Source: an uncultured Spirochaetota bacterium (GTDB lineage Bacteria; Spirochaetota; Spirochaetia; SZUA-6; Fen-1364). From it: a stretch of DNA of 64,000 nt. Below are positions 1 to 8,895 of the stretch, piece by piece. The stretch covers positions 64,001 to 128,000 of the forward strand of contig CAWJSK010000004.1 of the NCBI GenBank assembly GCA_963845535.1, read 5' to 3'. The notes beneath the pieces were generated by a model. That model ran no database searches. It was given only the letters and a program-made list of their open reading frames with translations, and was not told the DNA's origin. The stretch's first letter is position 1; each line of letters begins with the position of its first letter. The position numbers and the translations under genes were made by a program.

Positions 1-883
1 CCATGCAATCAGCGAAGGGCTTGCCCCTCTCCAGGCAATCCAGATGGCCACTCTCAATACCGCGGAGCATTTCGGCCTGAGCCGGGACATGGGTCAGATT
101 GCCCCCGGAAGGTACGCGGACCTTCTCCTTGTGAAGGACCTCAGCCAGTTCCGCCCTGATGTTGTCATGGCTCGTGGGAAGGTGGCCGCAGAGGACGGGA
201 AACTTCTGCTGGAGATGCCCACCACAACGTACCCGCAGTGGGCAATGCATTCCGTGCACCTTCTGCGAAAGCTCACCGCTTCGGACTTCCGCCTGCCCGC
301 AGGGCACCTGGGCCCGCGGGCCACTGCTCACGTGATAGGAGTGATCGAGAACCAGGCGCCAACCCGGCATCTGAAGCTCAGCGTCGCGGTGAAGGATGAG
401 GAGGTAAAGCCTGATCCCGAGCATGATGTTGCGAAGCTGGCGATCATTGACCGCCACCACGCAACCGGCAAAGTGAGCGTCGGCCTTGTCCAGGGGTTCG
501 GCTTCACGGCGCGCTGCGCCGTGGCAACCACCGTAGCGCACGACTGCCACCAGCTCCTTGTTGCGGGAACGGATGAGGAGCAAATGGCCATCGCGGCCAA
601 CGAGGTTGCCGCCAGTGACGGGGGCCAGGTCGTTGTCAAGGACGGCGCCGTGATAGGAAAGGTCGTGCTGCCGATTGCCGGTCTGATGTCCAACAGGCCG
701 GCAGCCACCGTCTCCGAGCAGGCAGCCTCCGTGCTGGCGGGCTTCCGTCAGTGCGGATGCAGGCTGCACAATCCCAACATGCAGCTAAGCCTCCTGGGCC
801 TCGTGGTCATTCCCGAGCTGCGCCTCTCCGACATGGGGCTCATTGACGTGAACAACTTCAACATCATCCGCGTGCTGGAATAG
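1..883 (+). CDS. ade: Adenine deaminase, C-terminal part (5'-truncated by the window edge)
   Basis: Frame is open from base 2 (HAISEGLAPLQAIQMATLNTAEHFG). Motifs GQIAPGRYADLL, TTVAHDCHQL, LPIAGLMS and LVVIPELRLSDMGL are typical of the Ade C-terminal domain. Confidence 0.9.
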   Translation, partial: HAISEGLAPLQAIQMATLNTAEHFGLSRDMGQIAPGRYADLLLVKDLSQFRPDVVMARGKVAAEDGKLLLEMPTTTYPQWAMHSVHLLRKLTASDFRLPAGHLGPRATAHVIGVIENQAPTRHLKLSVAVKDEEVKPDPEHDVAKLAIIDRHHATGKVSVGLVQGFGFTARCAVATTVAHDCHQLLVAGTDEEQMAIAANEVAASDGGQVVVKDGAVIGKVVLPIAGLMSNRPAATVSEQAASVLAGFRQCGCRLHNPNMQLSLLGLVVIPELRLSDMGLIDVNNFNIIRVLE

Positions 884-940
884 GTCCCCGCACCGGCGTG
901 GCGCCGTGCCAGCGCACCCCCGACTCGGCGCGAGCCTCCG

Positions 941-1939
941 CTACTCTTTCTCGAAAGGCGTTCCCATGGCCGAAGGCGGAGTGGCGTTCATGGCTCGAAG
1001 GATCTTCGCGACGGCCCGCCGCGCGGGGGCCGGCAGCCTGGCCAGGGTTCGTTCGACCCATTCCGCATTTCCGATGTTCACGAGCAGAAGCGTGAGGATC
1101 ATCAGGGGGAAAGGAGCGACCTGAAGGACCTGGGAGGGGACGCCCGGAAGCGCCGGCTGAAGCACGAGTCCCAGCCACTGAAGCAGGGAGAACAGATAGG
1201 CGCCGAAAGCGGCTCTGAACGGATTCCAGCCCCCGAAAATAGTGATGGCAAGAACGATCCAGCCAATGCCGTCCAGGCCTGAGATAGTTCCCTTCCAACC
1301 CGCCTTTACCGACAGGGAATAGATGGGTCCGGCAAGACCCGCGATGGCCCCGCCGACCACGGTGTAGACATAGCGGAGCCTGTTGACGTCAGCGCCGCGA
1401 ACGTAGGCGGCAGCCGGCTTCTCTCCGATTCCGCGCAGCATCAAGCCCGCCCGCGTTCGAAAGATGAAGATCCATGCCAGCGCAATGAGAACGAAGCTGA
1501 GGTAGGTCATGATGTCCTGGTGAAAAAGCAGGGGGCCAAGCACGGGGAGGTCACGCAGGAACGGGATTGGAAGGATGGAAAGACGCGGCCCCGTGGACCC
1601 CATGATCGGGTTGCCGAGGAAATAGGAAAGATCGCGACACAGGAGCGCCAGTACGAAACCGACGGCGACCTGCGACTGGCGAAGCGTGATGCTCCCGAAC
1701 GCGACCACGAGAGCCACCAGCCCCCCGATGATCATTCCGCCCAGGAACCCCAGCACCACGTTGCCGGTTGCCAGCGCAATTGCAAACCCGCCCATGGCCG
1801 TCAGGAGGATGGTGCCGTTCATGGAGAGGTTGATGACCCCGGCCCGTTCGGAGATGGTCTCCCCAATGACGCCAAAAAGCACGGGCGCCGCCGCGGTGAG
1901 CACGCCGGCAAGACCGACCAGGAGAAGATCAAAGCTCAT
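941..1939 (-). CDS. Nucleoside/purine ABC transporter permease (second permease)
   Basis: Start MSFDLLLVGL at 1939 overlaps the upstream stop (ATGA). Motifs GETISERAGVINLS, GLMLRGIGEKPAAA and GWIVLAITIFGGWNP. The longer 603-aa ORF is an artefactual extension. Confidence 0.88.
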   Translation of the reverse strand: MSFDLLLVGLAGVLTAAAPVLFGVIGETISERAGVINLSMNGTILLTAMGGFAIALATGNVVLGFLGGMIIGGLVALVVAFGSITLRQSQVAVGFVLALLCRDLSYFLGNPIMGSTGPRLSILPIPFLRDLPVLGPLLFHQDIMTYLSFVLIALAWIFIFRTRAGLMLRGIGEKPAAAYVRGADVNRLRYVYTVVGGAIAGLAGPIYSLSVKAGWKGTISGLDGIGWIVLAITIFGGWNPFRAAFGAYLFSLLQWLGLVLQPALPGVPSQVLQVAPFPLMILTLLLVNIGNAEWVERTLARLPAPARRAVAKILRAMNATPPSAMGTPFEKE

Positions 1940-3009
1940 CCCGAGCCGCCCTTCGTGAGGCGCTGGCGCACGCCCTGGCCCATGATGACGAGCAGGACGA
2001 GCGTGCCCTGCAGCACACCGGCAAGCGAGGAATCCAGCCTCAACACGATGGGAAGCTGGATGCTTCCGACGTTCAAGGCGGCAAAGAAAAGCGCCACCGG
2101 CGCGGCAAGCGCGGCCTGGTAGTTCACCAGCATGGCCACCATCAGTCCCATGTACCCGTATCCGCTGGAGATGGCGGGGATCAGACGGTTGTACACGGAG
2201 GTGACCTGGATGGCGCCGGCAAGCCCGGCGAAGACTCCGCAGAGGGCGAACGCCGCCATCATGTACTGCCACGTGGGGACGCCGAGCAGGTAGGCGGCGC
2301 TCGCGTTCTTTCCCACGGCTTTCAGCCGCAGCCCGAAATAGGTGCCCCTGATCAGGAAGTACACCACGATGATCGCAATGACGGCGATGATGACGGCGGA
2401 CGGGCTGAGTCGGGATTGGGCGGTCAGGGTGGGAAGCCACAGCGCGTGCGGAAAGGGCTCTGTCCCCGACATGGAGGCCACCCCCGGCCTTTTCCACGGG
2501 CCGAAGATCAGCCACAGGTTGAGCGCCGTGGCCACGAAGTTCAGCCCGAGCCCGCCGAAGATCTCGTTCACCCCGCCGAAAGCCTTCAGCGCTCCGGCCA
2601 GCATGGCCCAGAGCGCCCCGCCCACCATGCCTGCCAGGATGCTTGCCGTGATGATGATTCCCGGGGGGAGCCCGCTTGACTGAAGAAGTCGAAGCGCCCA
2701 CGTGGTGAAGATGGCCCCCAGGATGATCTGGCCTTCTATCCCGATGTTCCACAACCCCACGGTGAACGTGAGGATGAGCCCGGCGGTTACGAGGAGCAGG
2801 GGAACCCAGGAGACAAGCACGTTCGATATCTCATCCCAGGTCCCCACGGCGCCGAGCACGATGTTCGCATACGCCGAAAACGGCGGGGCCTTCGAGATCA
2901 GGAGCACGATCGTGGTGAGGACCAGCGCAACCGCCACGGCGGCAACCTGAAAGAGAGCATGTACGGACCGGGATCCCCGCTTGCTACGCACGCGCTGTCT
3001 CCGACGCAA
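1936..3009 (-). CDS. Nucleoside/purine ABC transporter permease (first permease)
   Basis: Hydrophobic protein with GLWNIGIEGQ, GVNEIFGGLGLNFVA and GLRLKAVGKNASAA motifs. Start codon uncertain. Confidence 0.88.
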   Translation of the reverse strand: MRRRQRVRSKRGSRSVHALFQVAAVAVALVLTTIVLLISKAPPFSAYANIVLGAVGTWDEISNVLVSWVPLLLVTAGLILTFTVGLWNIGIEGQIILGAIFTTWALRLLQSSGLPPGIIITASILAGMVGGALWAMLAGALKAFGGVNEIFGGLGLNFVATALNLWLIFGPWKRPGVASMSGTEPFPHALWLPTLTAQSRLSPSAVIIAVIAIIVVYFLIRGTYFGLRLKAVGKNASAAYLLGVPTWQYMMAAFALCGVFAGLAGAIQVTSVYNRLIPAISSGYGYMGLMVAMLVNYQAALAAPVALFFAALNVGSIQLPIVLRLDSSLAGVLQGTLVLLVIMGQGVRQRLTKGGSG

Positions 3010-4477
3010 ACCGTTCCCAGCCTTTGCCGCCGATCAGCTCGCCGAGCTCTGCCACCGACAGTGAACCGGCGGGAAGGGGCGGAGAGACGCGACCGGAAAA
3101 AAAGACCATCACCCGGTCGCTGTACTGGAGGACCTCGTCCAGGTCAGCGGAAATGAAGACAATGGCAGTGCCCTGGGCGCAGCGCTCCTTGAGCTTGGCC
3201 CACACGTACATCGTGGATTCGATGTCCAGCCCGCGGGTGGGATGCTCGAGCAGGATCAGGGACAGCGGCGTGCGCAGGAGGGCAAGGAGCATCCTTTGCT
3301 GGTTGCCGCCGGAAAGCGATTCCACGGTGGTCGTGGGAGCCCCCTTGATGTTGAAGGTCTTGATTCGTTCGGCAGCCAGGCTGACCGCCGCGCGGCGGTC
3401 AATGAGAAAGCCTGAGGACCCCTCGGAAAGGACAAAGTGCTCCATGAGGGTCAACCCGGGCACGAGGCCACGCTCGAGACGCGCCGCGGGGAGGTAGACC
3501 ACGCCCTGTTTCTTGAAGGAGTGGTGGGACTGCCCCGTGACATCCCGGGAGCCCAGCCCAATGCGGCCGGCTACGGGGCGGATGAGCCCCGCGCATGCGG
3601 AAAGAAAAATCGACTGGCCGGACCCCTCCATTCCCGCGAGGCCTATGACTTCCCCTGCGCGCGCTTCCAGCGAGACGTCCTGAATCTGCAGCCGCACGCC
3701 TTCCAGGCAGACGCGCTCGAGACTGAGGATGGGCTGGCCCGCGGCGCCGCTTGTGCGGCCTGAGAAAGAGACTTCCCGGCCGAACATCATCTGGACCAGG
3801 CCGCGGGTCTGATAGGGCGGGGACGCGCTGCCCACCAGCTCTCCCTGGCGGAAGACGGCGACCTGGGAGCACAGGTACTCCACGTCCTCCAGCTTGTGCG
3901 ACACGAAAATGATGGTAACCCCGCGGGATGCGAGGGTCTTCAGGGTTGCGAACAGCTTCTCCTTCTGCGGCTGGCTGATCCCCGTGGTAGGCTCATCCAG
4001 GATGAGCACTCGGGCGCCCTGCCAGAGCAGACGCAGAATCTCCAGTTGCTGCCGTTCCCCGACGGTGAGCATGTCGACGTATGCGTCCGGGTCGAGGGCG
4101 AAACCGAACTGCGACGCCAGCGCCCGAAACTCCCGTGCCGCCCCTCTGCGGTCGGGAAAGAGCGGGCCCCGGTGACCCAGGATGAAATTGTCCACGATCT
4201 TCATGGGCGGGAAATCAAGGGGGTCCTGGTGGAGCATCCCGATGCCGCGACTCATGGCGTCTGCCGGTGAGTGGATGGCGACCGGCCTCCCGTCCAGGAG
4301 GATCTCCCCGCTGTCAGGGCGGATGAACCCCGAGAGGATCTTCATGAGCGTGCTTTTGCCGGCTCCGTTCTCCCCCAGGATCCCTTGAATGGAGGAGGAA
4401 GGGACGTCCAGGGAGATTCCCGCGTTCGCGTGGACCAACCCGAAAGTCTTGTGGATGTTTTGCAGCTCAACTCGCAT
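2984..4477 (-). CDS. Nucleoside/sugar (CUT2) ABC transporter ATP-binding protein with two NBDs
   Basis: Walker A GENGAGKST, LILDEPT, and second-domain LSGGNQQ. Confidence 0.92.
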   Translation of the reverse strand: MRVELQNIHKTFGLVHANAGISLDVPSSSIQGILGENGAGKSTLMKILSGFIRPDSGEILLDGRPVAIHSPADAMSRGIGMLHQDPLDFPPMKIVDNFILGHRGPLFPDRRGAAREFRALASQFGFALDPDAYVDMLTVGERQQLEILRLLWQGARVLILDEPTTGISQPQKEKLFATLKTLASRGVTIIFVSHKLEDVEYLCSQVAVFRQGELVGSASPPYQTRGLVQMMFGREVSFSGRTSGAAGQPILSLERVCLEGVRLQIQDVSLEARAGEVIGLAGMEGSGQSIFLSACAGLIRPVAGRIGLGSRDVTGQSHHSFKKQGVVYLPAARLERGLVPGLTLMEHFVLSEGSSGFLIDRRAAVSLAAERIKTFNIKGAPTTTVESLSGGNQQRMLLALLRTPLSLILLEHPTRGLDIESTMYVWAKLKERCAQGTAIVFISADLDEVLQYSDRVMVFFSGRVSPPLPAGSLSVAELGELIGGKGWERFASETARA

Positions 4478-4520
4478 GGACAGCTTCTGTCACGTCCTTG
4501 GAAAAAAGGTCCAACCCGCA

Positions 4521-4556
4521 AAAGGGGGGGCGAGACGATGCACGTCCCGACCCCCC
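4521..4556 (-). terminator. Intercistronic stem-loop after the BMP gene (partial terminator or mRNA stabiliser)
   Basis: Minus strand GGGGGGTCGGGACG-TGCAT-CGTCTCGCCCCCCC followed by TTTT, between the binding-protein and ATPase genes. Confidence 0.6.
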
Positions 4557-4581
4557 GGCTTTTTCTGAGACCGAATGCAGT

Positions 4582-5784
4582 CTACTTGGAAACGCTTTGG
4601 CCTTCCATGCCTTTGAGAAGCTGGGGCAGGTACCACACCTGCTGATCCGTGGGTACCTTGCCGGCCGGAACGTACATTGTCCCATCCTGGAGGGTGATTG
4701 GTCCTTTCCAGAGGTTCAATCCACCGGCGAGCTGCTTGATGAACCTGTCCACGCCGGCCGACGCCGCCTTGGAGAGGGCGCTTCCCTTGTTGAAACCGAC
4801 GGCAGATGTGTCAGGGTCATTGATGTTCTTCCAGTCCGGGCCGTTCCACTCGAAGTGCGACGTCCAAGTCCCGTCCATGGCGGCCTTCACAGCCTTGACG
4901 TACGCGGGTCCCCAGTTGAAATACGGCACGCCGAGGGCGACGCTCGGTCCTTCCGCGATGGCGTCCTTGTAGTCATACGGGATTGCCCACACCTTCTTGC
5001 CCTGGCCGGCGAGCTTGACGGCTTCCGTGGTGGCTTCCGTGGTGTCGATTCCCGAAACGACCACGTCATAACCGCTGTTGAAGAAGTCATCCGCAACCTG
5101 GGTCGGATCAGAGGTGACGCCGGGGATATTGAACCAGAACCCGATCCAGGTGACCTTGAACTTCAGCTTCGCAGGATCCCTGTGCAGGTAATTCGTCCAC
5201 GCATAGCGCGCGCCGAGGTACACGGAGGAAGCCAGGCGGCGCGTCTCATCGTTGATGAGCGGACCCAGATAGCCGATCTGTCCGGTCTTCGTGGTAAGGG
5301 CCGCGGCCACGCCGGCGATCATCTTCATGTACACCATGCGCCCCATGATGTTCACCATGTTGGGAAGGTCCTTGTAATCCTTGCCTTCCTTCCAGACCTG
5401 GCTTCCCGATGACATGATCACGAAAATGTCGGAATGGGCCTGGGCGAACTTCACGGCTTCGTCACTCATGTCGTCCGAGCTGAAGATGATCAGCTTTGCG
5501 CCCTTGGCAACAAGGCTTTCGGCGAGCTGGGAGGCCGTGGTTCCCGGCCGGTCAGCCGGGTTGACCTTGTCGAGGTAGACCATCTGGACGCCGGACACCT
5601 TGTTCACGACGTACTGCACAGCGTCGTAGTTGGCCTGGCTCCAGCCGTGGTCATTGTAGGGGCCTACAAGAAGCAGGCCGACGGTGATGTTGTCACCAGC
5701 GGCCGGCAGCGCGCCCTGCGCGAACGCGGTGGAAGCGACTGCCATCACCGTCACGAGCAGGAACAGCCTGAAGATGTTTCTCAT
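4582..5784 (-). CDS. BMP-family (PnrA/Med-like) ABC substrate-binding protein
   Basis: ATG at 5784 with RBS AGGAGAAGGAG; signal peptide; motifs VGPYNDHGWSQA, GYLGPL, WIGFWFN and YFNWGPAY. Confidence 0.9.
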   Translation of the reverse strand: MRNIFRLFLLVTVMAVASTAFAQGALPAAGDNITVGLLLVGPYNDHGWSQANYDAVQYVVNKVSGVQMVYLDKVNPADRPGTTASQLAESLVAKGAKLIIFSSDDMSDEAVKFAQAHSDIFVIMSSGSQVWKEGKDYKDLPNMVNIMGRMVYMKMIAGVAAALTTKTGQIGYLGPLINDETRRLASSVYLGARYAWTNYLHRDPAKLKFKVTWIGFWFNIPGVTSDPTQVADDFFNSGYDVVVSGIDTTEATTEAVKLAGQGKKVWAIPYDYKDAIAEGPSVALGVPYFNWGPAYVKAVKAAMDGTWTSHFEWNGPDWKNINDPDTSAVGFNKGSALSKAASAGVDRFIKQLAGGLNLWKGPITLQDGTMYVPAGKVPTDQQVWYLPQLLKGMEGQSVSK

Positions 5785-5850
5785 ACTCCTTCTCCTTAGC
5801 CGCGTCGTGCGTCTCGCTGGAAGGCACGGCATGTTTGATTGATTGCGGGG

Positions 5851-5856
5851 ATTATA
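5851..5856 (-). promoter_or_regulatory. sigma70 -10 element for the BMP-ABC operon
   Basis: Perfect TATAAT about 67 nt upstream of the start; TTGTTG/TTGCCG candidates for -35. Confidence 0.5.
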
Positions 5857-5928
5857 CAACACTCGCGCTGTCGGCAACAAGCATTTTCACCCCGGGAACG
5901 CCAAATTTATCCGCTCGCAGAGAGTGAG

Positions 5929-6270
5929 CTATCGGATGGCGGCCTCGCCTCGTTCGGCAGTGCGCACTCGTACCGCGTCATCCACCGGGTGGACGAAGAT
6001 CTTTCCGTCTCCGATGTGGCCAGTCAGGGCCGCCTTCTGAATGGCGGCCACGATCTTGTCGATCTCGTCGTCGGCAACCACGAGCTCGATTCGGGCTTTT
6101 GTGATCAGATCCACCTTGTAGGTCCTGCCACGGACCTGCTGCTCGACTCCCTTCTCGATTCCGTGGCCTTCTATCTCGGAGATCATGAGGCCCGGGTGCC
6201 CAACCAGCTCGAGAGCTTTATAGACATCATTCACCTTGGAAGGTCGAATGATCGCTTCAATCCTCTTCAT
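5929..6270 (-). CDS. glnB: P-II family nitrogen regulatory protein (GlnB/GlnK-like)
   Basis: MKRIEAIIRP start, T-loop RGRTY(51), K58, and C-terminal TGHIGDGKIFV...VRVRT signature. RBS AAGGAAGGAG. Confidence 0.93.
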   Translation of the reverse strand: MKRIEAIIRPSKVNDVYKALELVGHPGLMISEIEGHGIEKGVEQQVRGRTYKVDLITKARIELVVADDEIDKIVAAIQKAALTGHIGDGKIFVHPVDDAVRVRTAERGEAAIR

Positions 6271-6298
6271 GTGACAAGCACTCCTTCCTTTTCAAGGC

Positions 6299-6314
6299 TG
6301 CAAGATATATGCCA
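6299..6314 (-). promoter_or_regulatory. sigma54 (-24/-12) promoter of the P-II gene
   Basis: TGGCAT-ATATC-TTGCA matches TGGCAC-N5-TTGCA and lies 28 nt upstream of the ATG. Confidence 0.8.
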
Positions 6315-6342
6315 AATCGGCTTCAGAGGCTCATCACGCCAA

Positions 6343-6367
6343 TTACTCCTTGTTATGCAAGGAGTAA
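6343..6367. repeat. Perfect 10-bp inverted repeat upstream of the sigma54 promoter
   Basis: TTACTCCTTG-TTATG-CAAGGAGTAA. Confidence 0.75.
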
Positions 6368-6525
6368 GCCATCCATGGTTATGGAGTGAATGCTGTGAAC
6401 CCTGTACAAAGTTGTAGAAGCGTTCCGATGAATGCTACCAAATTGTATCCCAAGAACGGAGATCACTGCGCAATAAAGCGCGCCCTTCAACGTCGTGAAA
6501 GTCGATGGTGGCGCGCCCGGGGGTC

Positions 6526-7509
6526 TTACGGGAGCGGCGGTCCTGCTGTCGGCCACCCGTCCTCGGTCCACACGATGGGCCTCACCTGCAGGACCGCCAT
6601 CCCGCCCCGCGTGCCATCGTACATATGATGGACCAGCCAGTCGCGCGAACCATCGTTCAGCGCCGCGTTGTGGCCGGGGCCGTGCACGTCGTCATAGCTT
6701 TGCAGGACAATCGTGCCGCCTCCGTCCAGCATCGACTTGCCTTCCTTGTCCATGTACGGTCCGGTAAGCGTGGCTGATCGGCCAACGGCGATCTTGTAAT
6801 TGCTGTTGATCCCCCGACAACAGAAGTCGAACGAAACAAAGAGGTAGTACATCCCAGCGTGGCGGAAGATGAACGGCGCCTCGATGGGATCCGCGGCCAC
6901 CTCGGGGCGGCGCGCCAGGGAAATGAGGTCCGGCGGGTCCTTCACGAGCTTTCCCGTGTCAGCGTCGATGGCGGCCATTTTGATGCCGTCCCAGAAAGAG
7001 CCGAACACGAGGTAGTAGCGGCCTTCATCATCCCACGCAAGGTTGGGGTCAATCGCATTCCAGTCATCCTTCCACGGCAGGGATCCGATCACCTTCCCAT
7101 GGTCCTCCCAACGGTAGTCCGGGCTCTTGGGATCAAGGGTCGCGTTGGTGGCAAGCCCAATGCAGGACTGGTTGCTCCCGAACGAGGACACCGCGTAGTA
7201 AAGAAGGTAGCGTCCTTTGACGAACGAGATATCGGGCGCCCAGGCGGTGCCGTCGAACCTCGGCACGTCCTTGTACGTCCAGTCAGGAGGCGTGCGAAAC
7301 ACTGAGCCGACGACGTCCCACGACACAAGGTCGCGCGATCTCTGGATCGTGATTCCCGGTCCAGTGGTAAACACGTAGTACCAGTCCCCCTGCTTGATGA
7401 TTGCAGGGTCATGAGCCGGGGTGGGAATTGACGGGACGTCGGATGGAGCTGCGTCGAGCCCCACCGCCATGAGCGCAAGAAGAACCAAGACGACAACGCC
7501 TGTTCTCAC
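6526..7509 (-). CDS. GH43 endo-1,5-alpha-L-arabinanase, secreted
   Basis: AHDP, WAPDI, NAIDPN, FGSFWDGI, IEAPFI, SFDFCCRG and GPGHN motifs; signal peptide. GTG at 7509 is preferred over TTG at 7527. Confidence 0.9.
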   Translation of the reverse strand: MRTGVVVLVLLALMAVGLDAAPSDVPSIPTPAHDPAIIKQGDWYYVFTTGPGITIQRSRDLVSWDVVGSVFRTPPDWTYKDVPRFDGTAWAPDISFVKGRYLLYYAVSSFGSNQSCIGLATNATLDPKSPDYRWEDHGKVIGSLPWKDDWNAIDPNLAWDDEGRYYLVFGSFWDGIKMAAIDADTGKLVKDPPDLISLARRPEVAADPIEAPFIFRHAGMYYLFVSFDFCCRGINSNYKIAVGRSATLTGPYMDKEGKSMLDGGGTIVLQSYDDVHGPGHNAALNDGSRDWLVHHMYDGTRGGMAVLQVRPIVWTEDGWPTAGPPLP

Positions 7510-7525
7510 GGTGTAATGATACGAC

Positions 7526-7554
7526 AAAAAGGGCCCGTCGTGTTGGCGGGCCCT
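7526..7554 (-). terminator. Rho-independent terminator, copy 1 (one stem mismatch)
   Basis: AGGGCCCGCC-AACAC-GACGGGCCCT followed by TTTT. Confidence 0.75.
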
Positions 7555-7598
7555 GCCTTATGTCAGGCCAGGAATCTCTTTTCAGAGACTCTGTTCTC

Positions 7599-8726
7599 TC
7601 AGTCGTACACCAGCTGCGCGATGTCGGGGTTGTCGATGTTGGTGGAGTCGTAGAACTTCGCACCAGTGTCGATATTCGCCACAGGCTGGCCCTTCACCGC
7701 CTTCACCGCGAGCGTGACCGCCTGGAACCCGATGTTGTAGGGGTCCTGCGTGATTGATCCCAGGAAGTACTTGTTGCGGATGGCCGCTTTCTGCGCCTTG
7801 CCAGCGTCAAACCCTACCACCACCAACCCGGGATACTGCGAGGGCAGCGCGCTTCCGTCATTGGAAGCTGCCAGCACCGCCCGTGCCGTCCCTTCGTTGG
7901 AGCAGAAGATCCCCAGGATGTGGTCCGTGGAGACCCGGTTGAGGATTGCCGTGGCCGTGTTCGTTGCATCCGTGTCCTTCGGCGAGGCAGGCACCTGCAC
8001 GTCAATAATGATCGCCTTCCCGCTGGTGGGGCTGTCAGAGGCTATGTAGGCCGGGTTGCCTTGCACCCGAATGTCCGCCGCGGTGTGGCTCGTCTGCGCG
8101 GTGATCAGCTTGATCATCTCGTCACGGAACCCTTTCCCGCGGTCCGTCACTGACTGGCTGGTGGCGTCCTGGTTGAAGTCCACGATCGTCACGGGGTTCG
8201 CGTCGCTTGCCGCCGCAATCTTGTCCTTGATGGCCGCAAACATGTGGTCCGCCGCAAGCCCAGCAGCCGCGTAGCTATTGGTGGCCGCCGTGGCGTAGAT
8301 GGCCCCCTTGGGCGCGTTGGGAACTCCTGAGTCAAACCCGATGATCGGGATATGCCTCTGGATGGCCTGGTTCAGCTGATCCATGACCGAGTTCGTATCA
8401 AGGGCCGCCAGACAGATGGCCGCGGGGTTCTTCGCCATGTCGTTGACCAGCATCTGCACCTGGGGCTGGATATCCGCTTCCGTCGGGGGTCCTTCGAAGG
8501 TGATCTGCACGCCCAACTGCGCCGCAGCAGCTTCCGCACCCTTCTTCACCGTCTGCCAGAACTGGTGCTGGAAACCCTTGGAAATGACGGGAATGTACAT
8601 CTTCCCGCCCTGCGCCATGGCTCCGCCGCCTTCCTTTGACCCGTTGGCAAAGGCCGGAAGCGCGAGTGCCAGGAGCAATGCGGCTGCTGCCACCAGCAGC
8701 ACCCCTTTTCGACTGAAGATGCTCAT
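7599..8726 (-). CDS. Sugar ABC substrate-binding protein (RbsB-like), copy 1
   Basis: ISKGFQHQFWQTVKKGA, IIGFDSG, ATNSYAAA, VGFDAG and ITQDPYNIG. ATG at 8726 after AGGAGG. Confidence 0.92.
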   Translation of the reverse strand: MSIFSRKGVLLVAAAALLLALALPAFANGSKEGGGAMAQGGKMYIPVISKGFQHQFWQTVKKGAEAAAAQLGVQITFEGPPTEADIQPQVQMLVNDMAKNPAAICLAALDTNSVMDQLNQAIQRHIPIIGFDSGVPNAPKGAIYATAATNSYAAAGLAADHMFAAIKDKIAAASDANPVTIVDFNQDATSQSVTDRGKGFRDEMIKLITAQTSHTAADIRVQGNPAYIASDSPTSGKAIIIDVQVPASPKDTDATNTATAILNRVSTDHILGIFCSNEGTARAVLAASNDGSALPSQYPGLVVVGFDAGKAQKAAIRNKYFLGSITQDPYNIGFQAVTLAVKAVKGQPVANIDTGAKFYDSTNIDNPDIAQLVYD

Positions 8727-8825
8727 AGACACCTCCTCTTTCTTTGTGCCCCGAACATGCGTCCAGGGCGTCTCACCTCGGTAACGTGCCCGCTCTGCAT
8801 GGTTTTCTATGAAATCGCACCGTAA

Positions 8826-8854
8826 ACTCTACGGCACGCCTTTCCATTTGTCAA
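8826..8854 (-). promoter_or_regulatory. sigma70 promoter for binding-protein copy 1
   Basis: TTGACA-17 nt-TAGAGT. Confidence 0.65.
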
Positions 8855-8860
8855 GGCGAC

Positions 8861-8889
8861 TTGAGGAGAAATTGGTAGACCGTTATACT
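8861..8889 (+). promoter_or_regulatory. sigma70 promoter for the LacI gene (probably leaderless)
   Basis: TTGAGG-17 nt-TATACT, 6 nt before ATG 8896; no SD in between. Confidence 0.6.
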
Positions 8890-8895
8890 TCCGAG

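Larger units (their letters stand above)
7523..8768. repeat. 1246-bp direct repeat, copy 1 (RBS + sugar-binding protein gene + terminator)
   Basis: Matches 9939-11184 at offset 2416. I found 3 substitutions: 7538/9954, 7585/10001 and 8520/10936. Confidence 0.95.

Noticed and set aside
1940..2752. N-terminal extension of the 603-aa permease ORF, suggesting a fusion
   Set aside because: It is an off-frame overlap with the upstream permease; the ATGA coupling at 1936-1939 marks the true start.
5785..5928. Purine riboswitch ahead of the nucleoside ABC operon
   Set aside because: The predicted leader is only about 60 nt and lacks the conserved aptamer core.
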